NCBI GenBank assembly: GCA_934096735.1
Contig: CAKOMS010000003.1
Location: 7,298-71,297, forward strand
Direction of reading: 5' to 3'
DNA from: an uncultured Bacilli bacterium
GTDB taxonomy: Bacteria > Bacillota_I > Bacilli_A > RF39 > UBA660
Length of the DNA stretch: 64,000 nucleotides
Shown here piece after piece: positions 10,274 to 19,466 of this stretch; the stretch's first letter is position 1; every line of letters starts with the position of its first letter. A program made the position numbers and the translations under genes. The notes under the pieces were generated by a model. The model ran no database searches. It was not told the DNA's origin and saw nothing but the letters and a program-made list of their open reading frames with translations.

Positions 10274-13200
10274 AGAACAAATGGATGCCATATATGAAAG
10301 TGGTAAAAATATTATTGTTTCAGCAGGAGCTGGTAGTGGTAAAACTGCTGTTTTAACCGAAAGAGTAGTTGAAAAATTAAAGACTGGTATAAAAATAAAT
10401 GAATTATTAATTTTAACTTTTACTAATGCTGCTGCTAGCGAAATGAAAGATAGAATTAGAAAAAAAATAAATGAAAATGATAGTATTAAAGATAATTTGG
10501 ATTATTTAGAGTCTAGTTATATTACTACTTTTGATTCTTTTTCTTTATCTTTAGTAAAAAAATATCATTATTTATTGGGACTTTCTAAAAATATTGGTAT
10601 TGTTGATAATAGCGTTATTGCAGTTAAAAAAGAAGAGGTACTTGATGAGGTATTTAATTATTTTTATGAAGTAAAAGATAAGAATTTTTTAAAAATGATT
10701 GATGACTTTTGTGTTAAAAATGATACGGGATTAAAAAATGATATTAGAAATATTATTAATGTATTAAATAATTATCCTGATTTAGATGATTATTTAGATA
10801 GTTATATTAGTGTGTATTTTAGTGATAATAAATTAAATGAGTATATAAATAAGTATATGAAAATCTTATATAATGTAATTGAAGAGATAAATACTAATTT
10901 ATATTATATGGAAAGTGAGTGCAATTCTGTTTCAGCTGAATATTATTCAATGTGTGAAATTGCTTTAGAAAGATTAATTAAGAGTAAAAGTTATGAAGAT
11001 ATTAAAAATAATACTAATGTTATTTTACCTAGAAGACCAAAAGGCAGTGATGAAGTTAAAATATATAAAGATAATATTACTAAATGTATTAATAAATTAA
11101 AAGATTATACTATATACGATAGTGTTTCAAGTATTTATCAAAGTATTAAAAGTACTAAAGGTTATGTAGAGAGTATTATTAATATAGTTAGATTGTATAA
11201 TAAGAAATTAAAAGAATATAAAGATGAATATGCTATATATGAATTTATTGATATTGAACTTATGTGTATTAAATTACTTAAAGATAATAAAGATATATTA
11301 GATGAAGTTAAGAGTAATTATAAAGAGATATGTGTTGATGAATATCAAGATACTAATGATATACAAGAAGCTTTTATTAATTTAATACAAAATAATAATT
11401 TATATATGGTAGGAGATATTAAACAATCTATATATGGTTTTAGAAATGCTAATCCAAGTATATTTAAAAATAAATATGATAATTATAAAAATAATTTTGG
11501 TGGTATGAAGATTGATTTAATAAAGAATTTTAGATCTAGAAGTAATGTTTTAAGTGGTATTAATACTATTTTTGATATTGTTATGGATAATGAAATAGGT
11601 GGAGCAGATTATAAAAATGGTCATGAAATGGTATTTGGTAATAGTACTTATACTGATAATATAAATGAACTTCAAAGTTATGAAACAGATATTATTAGTT
11701 ATAATAATATTTTAGATAAATTTAATAATGAAGAAGTAGAAGCCTTTATAATAGCAGATGATATTAAAAATAAAATTAAAAGTGAATATAAAGTCATTGA
11801 TAAAGAAAGTGGAGTTCTTAGAAATATTTCTTATAGTGATTTTTGTATTATTATGGATAGAGGTAGCAATTTTGGATTATACAAAAAGATTTTTGAATAT
11901 TTAGGTATACCTTTAGTTATATATGAAGATAAAACTTTAAATCAAGATAATGAATTATTAATTATAAGTAATATTATTAATTTAATAATTAAGATATATG
12001 ATAATGAATTTGATAAAAGTTTTAAATATTCTTTTATGAGTGTTCTTAGAAGTTATCTTTTTAATTATGATGATAATAGAATATTTAATATTATAAAAAA
12101 TAATGATTATAAGAATAATGAACTTTATCTATTGTGTTTGAATATTAGTAAAGATTTACAAATACTTTCTAATTCTTTATTAGTTTTAAGAATTATAAAA
12201 GACTTTAAAATATATGAAATGAGTATTACTACTGGGGGAGTAGATAATGTTATTAGGATTTGTGATAATATTGTAAATATTTCAAATAATTTAAGTTTAA
12301 TGGGATATTCAGTTAAAGATTTTAGAGATTATTTAGATAAGATAGCAAATAGTAAATATGAAATTAAATATAAAGAAGATGTAAATAATACTAATGGAGT
12401 TAAAATAATGAATGTTCATAAATCTAAGGGACTTGAGTTTCCAGTATGTTATTTTTCTGGTCTTTATAAGAAGTTTAATGATAGTGATATTAAGAATAAA
12501 TTTTTGGTTAGTAAAGATTTAGGAATAATTACTCCATATTTTAAAGAGGGAGTTTTAGAAACTGTTTTAAAGGATATTTATAAATATGAATATAAAATAA
12601 ATGATATATCTGAAAAAATTAGACTTTTTTATGTTGCTCTTACTAGAAGTAAAGAAAAAATTATTTTAGTATGTCCTTATAGAGATATAGATAATTATAA
12701 TATGGATAAGAGAAAGTATCAGTCTTTTTTGGATATTTTGGAGTCTGTTAAAAATAAATTTAAAGATAATACTTATGAAGTTAATTTAAATAAATTAAAC
12801 ATTAGTAAAGATTATTTATTTAATAAGATTAATTTTAATAATAATTTGGATAATAAGTATGGTAAGATTAATAGAAATGTAAATGTTATTAATTATGAGT
12901 TTGAAGAAGATAAAAAAGCTTCAAAAGTTATTAGTAAATTACTTAGTAAAGATGATAATAAAAAGCTAGAGTATGGTACAAATATACATGAAATGCTTAG
13001 AATGAGTGATTTTTTAAATAGTGATAATAGTATTATAAATAATATATGTAAAATACTTAATATTAATAGTGAATGTAAGTTGTATAAAGAACATGAATTT
13101 ATATATTATAAAGATAATATAAAATATCATGGTATTATTGATTTAATAATTGTAAGTGATAAAGAAGTTAAAATTGTTGATTATAAATTAAAAGATACTA

Positions 13201-13328
13201 CAGATGATAATTATAAAAAACAAGTTAAGATATATTATGATTATTTAGAAAGTTTAGGTTTTAAAAATATTAAAATGTATTTGTATAGCATTATTTTAAA
13301 TGAATTAAAAGAAATTAATAATTCATAA
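10257..13328 (+). CDS. addA: ATP-dependent helicase/nuclease AddA (UvrD/Rep superfamily 1)
   Basis: GAGSGKT Walker A, VDEYQDTN, C-terminal nuclease IDLIIV..IVDYK. Start set at ATG 10257, 7 nt after agaggtgag, rather than GTG 10245. Confidence 0.9.
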   Translation: MPKWTKEQMDAIYESGKNIIVSAGAGSGKTAVLTERVVEKLKTGIKINELLILTFTNAAASEMKDRIRKKINENDSIKDNLDYLESSYITTFDSFSLSLVKKYHYLLGLSKNIGIVDNSVIAVKKEEVLDEVFNYFYEVKDKNFLKMIDDFCVKNDTGLKNDIRNIINVLNNYPDLDDYLDSYISVYFSDNKLNEYINKYMKILYNVIEEINTNLYYMESECNSVSAEYYSMCEIALERLIKSKSYEDIKNNTNVILPRRPKGSDEVKIYKDNITKCINKLKDYTIYDSVSSIYQSIKSTKGYVESIINIVRLYNKKLKEYKDEYAIYEFIDIELMCIKLLKDNKDILDEVKSNYKEICVDEYQDTNDIQEAFINLIQNNNLYMVGDIKQSIYGFRNANPSIFKNKYDNYKNNFGGMKIDLIKNFRSRSNVLSGINTIFDIVMDNEIGGADYKNGHEMVFGNSTYTDNINELQSYETDIISYNNILDKFNNEEVEAFIIADDIKNKIKSEYKVIDKESGVLRNISYSDFCIIMDRGSNFGLYKKIFEYLGIPLVIYEDKTLNQDNELLIISNIINLIIKIYDNEFDKSFKYSFMSVLRSYLFNYDDNRIFNIIKNNDYKNNELYLLCLNISKDLQILSNSLLVLRIIKDFKIYEMSITTGGVDNVIRICDNIVNISNNLSLMGYSVKDFRDYLDKIANSKYEIKYKEDVNNTNGVKIMNVHKSKGLEFPVCYFSGLYKKFNDSDIKNKFLVSKDLGIITPYFKEGVLETVLKDIYKYEYKINDISEKIRLFYVALTRSKEKIILVCPYRDIDNYNMDKRKYQSFLDILESVKNKFKDNTYEVNLNKLNISKDYLFNKINFNNNLDNKYGKINRNVNVINYEFEEDKKASKVISKLLSKDDNKKLEYGTNIHEMLRMSDFLNSDNSIINNICKILNINSECKLYKEHEFIYYKDNIKYHGIIDLIIVSDKEVKIVDYKLKDTTDDNYKKQVKIYYDYLESLGFKNIKMYLYSIILNELKEINNS

Positions 13329-13357
13329 AAAAAGGATTGAAAAATCAATCTTTTTTT
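13327..13357. terminator. bidirectional terminator between convergent addA and murC
   Basis: A-run, gattga-aaaa-tcaatc hairpin, T-run; overlaps the last murC codons. Confidence 0.5.
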
Positions 13358-14721
13358 AATAAGTCTATTCCAACTTCATTTATAGGTCCTGCTCCGATAG
13401 TTATAACTAAATCGTTTTCTTCTAAATTATTTTTTAGAAAATCCACAATTTTTTTAAATGAATCAATATAATAAACATTTTTATTATGAGGTTTAATTAA
13501 ATCACATAGGTCAGTTTCTTTAACACCCCAGATATTTGTTTCTCTTGCAGGGTATATTGGTGCAATTATAATATTGTCAAAATCCTTTAAAACATTTGCA
13601 AAATCATTTAAGTGTTCAATTGTTCTTGAATATGTATGAGATTGAAATATAGCCCAATTTTTATGACATTTTATGCTTTTTGCTGAATCTAATGTTGATT
13701 TTATTTCGGTTGGATGATGAGCATAATCATCATATACTAAAATATTTTCTTTGTATGTTCCAATAAATTCAAATCTTCTTTCTACACCTTTATAACTTTC
13801 AATTCCTGCTTTTATATCCTTTTTATTAAGTCCACTGTCTATGCAGATTAGTGTTGTTGCTAAAGCATTATAAATATTATGAATACCTAATACATTTAAT
13901 TTAATATTTAAAAATAATTCGTTATTATAAAAAATATCAAAAGAGTATTTATTAAAGTCATCTTTAATTATGTTTTTTGCAGTACACATAGCGTCATTAT
14001 TTATTCCGTATGTTAATATTTTCAAATCATTTCTTAGATTTAATTTTTTTATATTTTCATCGTCATTATTTATGATAAGTGAACCATTTTGTGGAAGACG
14101 ATTAACATATTTATTATAAGAATTTATTACTCCTTCCATGTTTTTAAAATAATCTAAGTGATCATCATCAATATTAAGTATTACTTCTTTGGTAGGAAAA
14201 AAGTGTAGGAAACTATCTTTGTATTCACAAGCTTCCATGATGAAATAATCTTTACTACCGATTTTATAATTGGCATTTATTATTGGTAAGTATGCACCGA
14301 TTTGAATAGTTGGGTTCTTTTTAGCATTTATAAAACATGTACTAATCATACCTGTCGTAGTACTTTTTCCATGTGTACCAGAAATGCAGATAACATTTTT
14401 ATAATTTTTTGTTAAAAGTCCTAAAAAAACACTTCTTTCATATATTTCTTTATTTAATTTTTTTGCTTCTTTAAGTTCTTCATTGGCTTCGTTTATTGCT
14501 TGAGTATAGATTACTATATCGGCATCTTTAATAAGATCTTTATTTTCTCCAATAATGATATTTGCCCCTTTTTCTTGAAGAGTTGTAATGGCTTTGTTTT
14601 TTGCAATATCACTACCTGAAATTATAGCACCATTATCTAAAAGTATTTCTGCTATACCACTCATTGATATGCCTCCAATGCCTATTAAATGAATTTTTTT
14701 GTTTTTGTACATATATATCAC
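13345..14721 (-). CDS. murC: UDP-N-acetylmuramate--L-alanine ligase
   Basis: IHLIGIGGISMSGIAEIL N-terminus and GTHGKSTTT P-loop, Mur ligase architecture. Confidence 0.9.
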   Translation of the reverse strand: MIYMYKNKKIHLIGIGGISMSGIAEILLDNGAIISGSDIAKNKAITTLQEKGANIIIGENKDLIKDADIVIYTQAINEANEELKEAKKLNKEIYERSVFLGLLTKNYKNVICISGTHGKSTTTGMISTCFINAKKNPTIQIGAYLPIINANYKIGSKDYFIMEACEYKDSFLHFFPTKEVILNIDDDHLDYFKNMEGVINSYNKYVNRLPQNGSLIINNDDENIKKLNLRNDLKILTYGINNDAMCTAKNIIKDDFNKYSFDIFYNNELFLNIKLNVLGIHNIYNALATTLICIDSGLNKKDIKAGIESYKGVERRFEFIGTYKENILVYDDYAHHPTEIKSTLDSAKSIKCHKNWAIFQSHTYSRTIEHLNDFANVLKDFDNIIIAPIYPARETNIWGVKETDLCDLIKPHNKNVYYIDSFKKIVDFLKNNLEENDLVITIGAGPINEVGIDLLKKD

Positions 14722-14734
14722 CCTTAGTAATTAT

Positions 14735-14763
14735 ATTATAATATTTTTAATTTTATATAGCAA
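14735..14763 (-). promoter_or_regulatory. putative sigma-A promoter of murC
   Basis: On the minus strand: TTGCTA, 17 nt spacer, TATAAT, about 14 nt before the RBS aaggg. Confidence 0.4.
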
Positions 14764-14941
14764 CTAAATATGAATTGTTCGCTTTACAAAAGATTGATTG
14801 TAAAACGAACAAAAAAAGTTTTTCTGCTTAGGTTAAAATGCAATCTTAGGTACTATCGAGGTTTTATGTTTTTTTTTATATTTTTTTATATTTTTTTTGA
14901 ATTATGTCTTTACATTTTTTAAAAAAATATAAAAAAAAACA

Positions 14942-14970
14942 TTGAATATAATAAATTAATTTTTTATAAT
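14942..14970 (+). promoter_or_regulatory. putative sigma-A promoter of the nrdD operon
   Basis: TTGAAT, 17 nt spacer, TATAAT, ending 30 nt upstream of the nrdD ATG. Confidence 0.45.
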
Positions 14971-15000
14971 GAAGGAGAGTTAGGAAGGTTATGTTGTAAG

Positions 15001-17277
15001 ATGAAAGACGAAGTTTTAAACGATTTAGTAGTTGTAAAAAGAAGTGGTCAGAGGGTTCCTTTTAATGGCACTAAAGTTGCAATTGCTATTAAAAAGGGAT
15101 TTGATTCAGTGTATGGAGATGCATATGATGAGAAAGATGCCAATAAGGTATATGAAAAAGTTTTAAGTATTATTGAAAAAGAATACAAGGATAGAAAAAC
15201 TATTGGTGTTGAAGAAATACAAGATATTATAGAAAGAGTTTTAAAAGATAAAGATGAAATTGTATATAATTCTTTTTCAGATTATCGTGAGAGAAGAGCA
15301 GCATCAAGGGAAGCATTTGTTGTTAAACAACAACATAAATTTGTAAAAGCTATTGAATCTTTAGGGTTAAAGAGTGCTAAAGAAGAGAATACTAAAAGAG
15401 AAAATGCTAATGTTGATGGGGATGGCCCAATGGGTACAATGCTTCATTTTGGAAGTACAATATCTAAAGAATTTGCTAAAGCATATTTAATGGATGCAAA
15501 GTATTCTAGAGCTCATGATGAAGGTGCTATTCATGTTCATGATTTAGATTTTTTACCAATGGGTACTACTACATGTAATCAAATTGATTTAGATAAATTA
15601 TTTAAAAATGGATTTTCTACTGGTCATGGTTATTTGAGATGTCCAAATGATATTATGAGTTATGCTGCTTTGGCTGCAATTGCTATTCAAGCTAATCAAA
15701 ATGATCAACATGGTGGTCAAAGTATTCCAATGTTTGATTATTATATGGCTCCAGGAGTAATGAAAACATTTAAAAAACAATTTAAACAAACTTTGTATGA
15801 TTTTTTAGATTTAGATGGTTTTTTAGGAGAATTAAATTTTGAGAAAATAGTTGAAAAAATAAATGATTTAAGTAGTATTTCATTTGATGTTACAAGTTTG
15901 TTTAAAGAATATATAACTAGTGAAAGATTAGAAGAAATTTTTACTAAATCATATAATAAGGCTTTAGCTAAGACTGATAGAATTACTTATCAAGCAATGG
16001 AAGCATTTATTCACAATTTAAATACAATGCATAGTCGTGCTGGAGCACAAGTGCCATTTTCTTCAGTTAATTTTGGTACTGATATAAGTCCGGAAGGAAG
16101 AATGGTTATTAAGAATTTCTTACTTGCAACTGATGCTGGACTTGGTAATGGAGAAACTCCAATATTTCCAATATCTATTTTTAAAGTAAAAGAAGGAGTA
16201 AGTTATAATGAGGGAGATCCTAATTATGATTTATTCAAACTTGCTTGTAAAGTATCTGCTAAAAGATTGTTCCCTAATTTTTCATTCTTAGATTCTTCAT
16301 TTAATAAGCCATATTTGAAAGATGGAGATCCAAGATGTGAAGTAGGATATATGGGTTGTAGAACAAGAGTTATTGGTAATGTTTGTGATAGAGATAAAGA
16401 GATTACTCCAGGAAGAGGAAATTTATCATTTACTACTATTAATTTACCTAGACTTGGTATTAAACATGGTATTGCACTTCATGAAAGAGATAAAGCTGAT
16501 ATGAAAGGCTTTTATGAAGAACTTGATGAAATGCTTGATTTGGTAAAAGGACAATTATTACAGAGATTTGATATTCAATGTAGTAAAAGTGTTAATAATT
16601 TTAAATTCTTACTTGGTAGTCATGTTTGGCTTGATTCTGAAAAATTAGAACCTGGTCAAAAGATTAGAAAAGTATTAAAACATGGAACATTATCTATTGG
16701 ATTTATTGGACTTGCTGAGTGTTTAAAAGCTTTAATTGGAGAACATCAAGGTGAAAGTGAAGAAGCACAAAAATTAGGTCTTGAAATTATTGGGCATATG
16801 AGAGATAAGTGTGATGAATATAGTGAAGAAATGAAACTTAACTTTACTTGTCTTGCTACTCCTGCTGAGGGATTAAGTGGTAGATTTGTAGGAATTGATA
16901 GAGCTATATATGGAAAGATAAAAGGTATTACAGATAGAGAATATTATACAAATTCATTCCATGTACCAGTATATTATAAAACTAGTATTCAACATAAATT
17001 AGAAGTTGAAGGAAAATATCATAAACTTACTAATGCTGGTCATATTTCATATATTGAAATTGATGGTGATACTGCAAATAACGTAGCAGCTTTTGAAAAA
17101 ATTATACGTATAATGCATGATTCTGATATTGGATATGGTGCAATAAATCATCCAGTTGATAGAGATCCAGTTTGTGGATATGTTGGAGTTATTGATGATG
17201 TTTGTCCTAGATGTGGAAGACATGATTTTGAGGGTGTTCCGGTTGAAGTATTAAAAGGTTTACATTGTGATTGTTAA
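15001..17277 (+). CDS. nrdD: anaerobic ribonucleoside-triphosphate reductase (class III), large part lacking the glycyl-radical segment
   Basis: N-terminal ATP-cone (VVKRSGQRVPF), class III RNR barrel motifs, C-terminal CPRCG zinc ribbon. The ORF ends with three consecutive TAA codons before any RxxGY glycyl-radical motif. Confidence 0.9.
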   Translation: MKDEVLNDLVVVKRSGQRVPFNGTKVAIAIKKGFDSVYGDAYDEKDANKVYEKVLSIIEKEYKDRKTIGVEEIQDIIERVLKDKDEIVYNSFSDYRERRAASREAFVVKQQHKFVKAIESLGLKSAKEENTKRENANVDGDGPMGTMLHFGSTISKEFAKAYLMDAKYSRAHDEGAIHVHDLDFLPMGTTTCNQIDLDKLFKNGFSTGHGYLRCPNDIMSYAALAAIAIQANQNDQHGGQSIPMFDYYMAPGVMKTFKKQFKQTLYDFLDLDGFLGELNFEKIVEKINDLSSISFDVTSLFKEYITSERLEEIFTKSYNKALAKTDRITYQAMEAFIHNLNTMHSRAGAQVPFSSVNFGTDISPEGRMVIKNFLLATDAGLGNGETPIFPISIFKVKEGVSYNEGDPNYDLFKLACKVSAKRLFPNFSFLDSSFNKPYLKDGDPRCEVGYMGCRTRVIGNVCDRDKEITPGRGNLSFTTINLPRLGIKHGIALHERDKADMKGFYEELDEMLDLVKGQLLQRFDIQCSKSVNNFKFLLGSHVWLDSEKLEPGQKIRKVLKHGTLSIGFIGLAECLKALIGEHQGESEEAQKLGLEIIGHMRDKCDEYSEEMKLNFTCLATPAEGLSGRFVGIDRAIYGKIKGITDREYYTNSFHVPVYYKTSIQHKLEVEGKYHKLTNAGHISYIEIDGDTANNVAAFEKIIRIMHDSDIGYGAINHPVDRDPVCGYVGVIDDVCPRCGRHDFEGVPVEVLKGLHCDC

Positions 17278-17298
17278 TAATAATGGAGGAGGAGTATT

Positions 17299-17454
17299 AT
17301 GGAAACAACAAAAAAAACAAAAACTGTAGGAGAGGGAGTAGGATTCGAACATATTAGAAGAATTACTGGTTATTTAGTAGGTACTACAGATAGATTTAAT
17401 AACGCAAAAAGATGTGAAGAAAAAGATAGAGTAAAACATACTGGGGTAAAATAA
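17299..17454 (+). CDS. separately encoded NrdD glycyl-radical domain peptide (51 aa)
   Basis: Absent from the ORF track (too short). ATG 17299 lies 6 nt after GGAGGAGG. Translation METTKKTKTVGEGVGFEHIRRITGYLVGTTDRFNNAKRCEEKDRVKHTGVK carries the RRITGYL glycyl-radical motif normally found at the NrdD C-terminus. Same frame as nrdD. Confidence 0.7.
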   Translation: METTKKTKTVGEGVGFEHIRRITGYLVGTTDRFNNAKRCEEKDRVKHTGVK

Positions 17455-17455
17455 A

Positions 17456-18013
17456 ATGACTATTAGACTAGCAGCTCCACTACAAAGTGATAGTGTAGTT
17501 GATGGTTTTGGTATTAGGACAGTTATATGGACACAAGGTTGTTCTCATAATTGTCCTTTTTGTCAAAATCCACAAACTCACTCATTTACTGATGGAATAG
17601 ATTATGAAGTAGATGATATTTTGGAAGAGTTAAATAATTTAGAGAATCAAGATGGTATTACTTTTTCTGGAGGAGATCCTATGTTTCAAGTAGAACCTGT
17701 TTTAGAAATTGCTAAATATGCAAAAAGTATTGGACTTTCTGTTTGGTGTTATACTGGTTTTACTTATGAAAAAATATTAGAAATGGGTAAAGATAATAAG
17801 AAATATTTAGAATTACTTAATTATTTAGATGTTTTAGTTGATGGAAAGTTTGAGATTGCTAAAAGAGATATTAAACTTTTATTTAGAGGATCTTCTAATC
17901 AAAGAGTTATAGATATACCAAAAACCCTTGAAAAAAATGAAATAGTTCTTATACCAGAGTGTGATGGAATATATGAAGAATTTAAAGTAAGTAGAGAAAA
18001 TATGTACATTTAG
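17456..18013 (+). CDS. nrdG: anaerobic ribonucleotide reductase activating protein (radical SAM)
   Basis: CSHNCPFCQNP CX3CX2C cluster, GGDP motif, 185 aa; starts 2 nt after the preceding stop. Confidence 0.9.
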   Translation: MTIRLAAPLQSDSVVDGFGIRTVIWTQGCSHNCPFCQNPQTHSFTDGIDYEVDDILEELNNLENQDGITFSGGDPMFQVEPVLEIAKYAKSIGLSVWCYTGFTYEKILEMGKDNKKYLELLNYLDVLVDGKFEIAKRDIKLLFRGSSNQRVIDIPKTLEKNEIVLIPECDGIYEEFKVSRENMYI

Positions 18014-18092
18014 TGCATTTTTTTCTTTTGCTTAAATCGTGTTTAATTGATTTTTAAGTATTAAGAGTTATATAATTAAGTAGAAAGGAATT

Positions 18093-19421
18093 ATGAAAAT
18101 GATAGAAAATAAGAAAATATTAGTGTTAGGACTTGCTAAGAGTGGAATGAGTGCTATAAGACTTTTATATAAAAATAATGAGATTATTGCTACTGATAAA
18201 AAAGAACAAAGTAGTGAAGTATTAGATGAACTTAATAAAATGAATGTAACATTTATAAAAAGTGAAACTGGGGAAGAAATTTTAGATAATACTTTTCAAT
18301 TAGTTATAAAAAATCCTGGTATTGAACCATTTCAACCTACAGTAAAAAAAGCTAATAGTTTAAATATTAAAGTTATTAATGAAATGGAGGTTGCATATAA
18401 GTATTTACCTAAAGATGTAAAAATTATTGGTATTACTGGTTCAAATGGTAAGACAACAACAACTACTATGATTTATGATTTACTTAAATTACATGGTAAA
18501 AAAGTATATCTAGGTGGTAATATTGGTTTTCCTCTTTGTAGTTTAATAGGAAAAGTTGAAAGTGATAGTATTTTAGTTTTAGAAATATCCGATCATCAAT
18601 TATATAATTTAGATGAATTTAAAACTGATATAAGTATACTTACTAATTTGTGTCCTACTCATTTGGATTTTCATGGTAATTATGAAAATTATATAAATAC
18701 AAAAAAGAAAATATTTAATCACCATACTAGTAGTGATTTAGCAATTATAAATTATGGTAATAAAGATTCATTAAAAATTACTGAAGATATAAAAAGTAGG
18801 AAGAAATATTTTTGCAATAATGTAAATTATTATAATAGTGAAGGAATATTTATTAATAGTGAACTTATTATTAAATTAGAAAATATTTTAATAAAAGGAA
18901 ATCATAATTATGAAAATATACTTGCTAGTTTAGTGCTTTTAGATGAATTTGGAATAAATAAAGATATTGTTAAAGATTATTTTAATAATTTTAAGGGGGT
19001 TGAACACAGACTTGAAGTTGTGCCTTCTAAAAGAAAAATAAGTTTTTATAATGATAGTAAAGCTACTAATCCAACATCTACTTTAATTGCACTTAAAACT
19101 ATGGATAAACCTACTCATTTAATTTTAGGTGGAATGGAAAGAAAACAAGATTTTAATGAACTTAATGATGGGATAAATATAGTTAAATGTATATATGCAA
19201 TTGGAGAATGTGAAGATAGAGTTGTAGAGTATGCAAAAAGTAGAAATATTTTATGTTATAAGTGTGATACTCTTTTAAATGCTATTTTAAAAATAAAAGA
19301 AAATGTGAAAGATAATGAAACTGTTTTACTTTCTTGTGCTAGTGCTTCTTGGGATCAATATGATAAATTTGAAACTAGAGGAGAAGAATTTAAAAATGCA
19401 GTTGAAAAATATTTTAATTAA
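18093..19421 (+). CDS. murD: UDP-N-acetylmuramoylalanine--D-glutamate ligase
   Basis: ILVLGLAKSG N-terminus, ITGSNGKTTTT P-loop, GVEHRLE, Mur ligase layout. Confidence 0.9.
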   Translation: MKMIENKKILVLGLAKSGMSAIRLLYKNNEIIATDKKEQSSEVLDELNKMNVTFIKSETGEEILDNTFQLVIKNPGIEPFQPTVKKANSLNIKVINEMEVAYKYLPKDVKIIGITGSNGKTTTTTMIYDLLKLHGKKVYLGGNIGFPLCSLIGKVESDSILVLEISDHQLYNLDEFKTDISILTNLCPTHLDFHGNYENYINTKKKIFNHHTSSDLAIINYGNKDSLKITEDIKSRKKYFCNNVNYYNSEGIFINSELIIKLENILIKGNHNYENILASLVLLDEFGINKDIVKDYFNNFKGVEHRLEVVPSKRKISFYNDSKATNPTSTLIALKTMDKPTHLILGGMERKQDFNELNDGINIVKCIYAIGECEDRVVEYAKSRNILCYKCDTLLNAILKIKENVKDNETVLLSCASASWDQYDKFETRGEEFKNAVEKYFN

Positions 19422-19466
19422 AGATATAATTGTAATAGTAGAGTAAAGTAAAAGGGGCTCGATAAA

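Noticed and set aside
14722-15000. NrdR boxes or a cobalamin riboswitch upstream of nrdD, and the mini-ORF ATG-TTG-TAA at 14991
   Set aside because: No 16-bp acaCwAtATaTwGtgt-like palindromes could be found. The leader after the predicted promoter is only about 25 nt, too short for a riboswitch. The 2-codon ORF is probably fortuitous.
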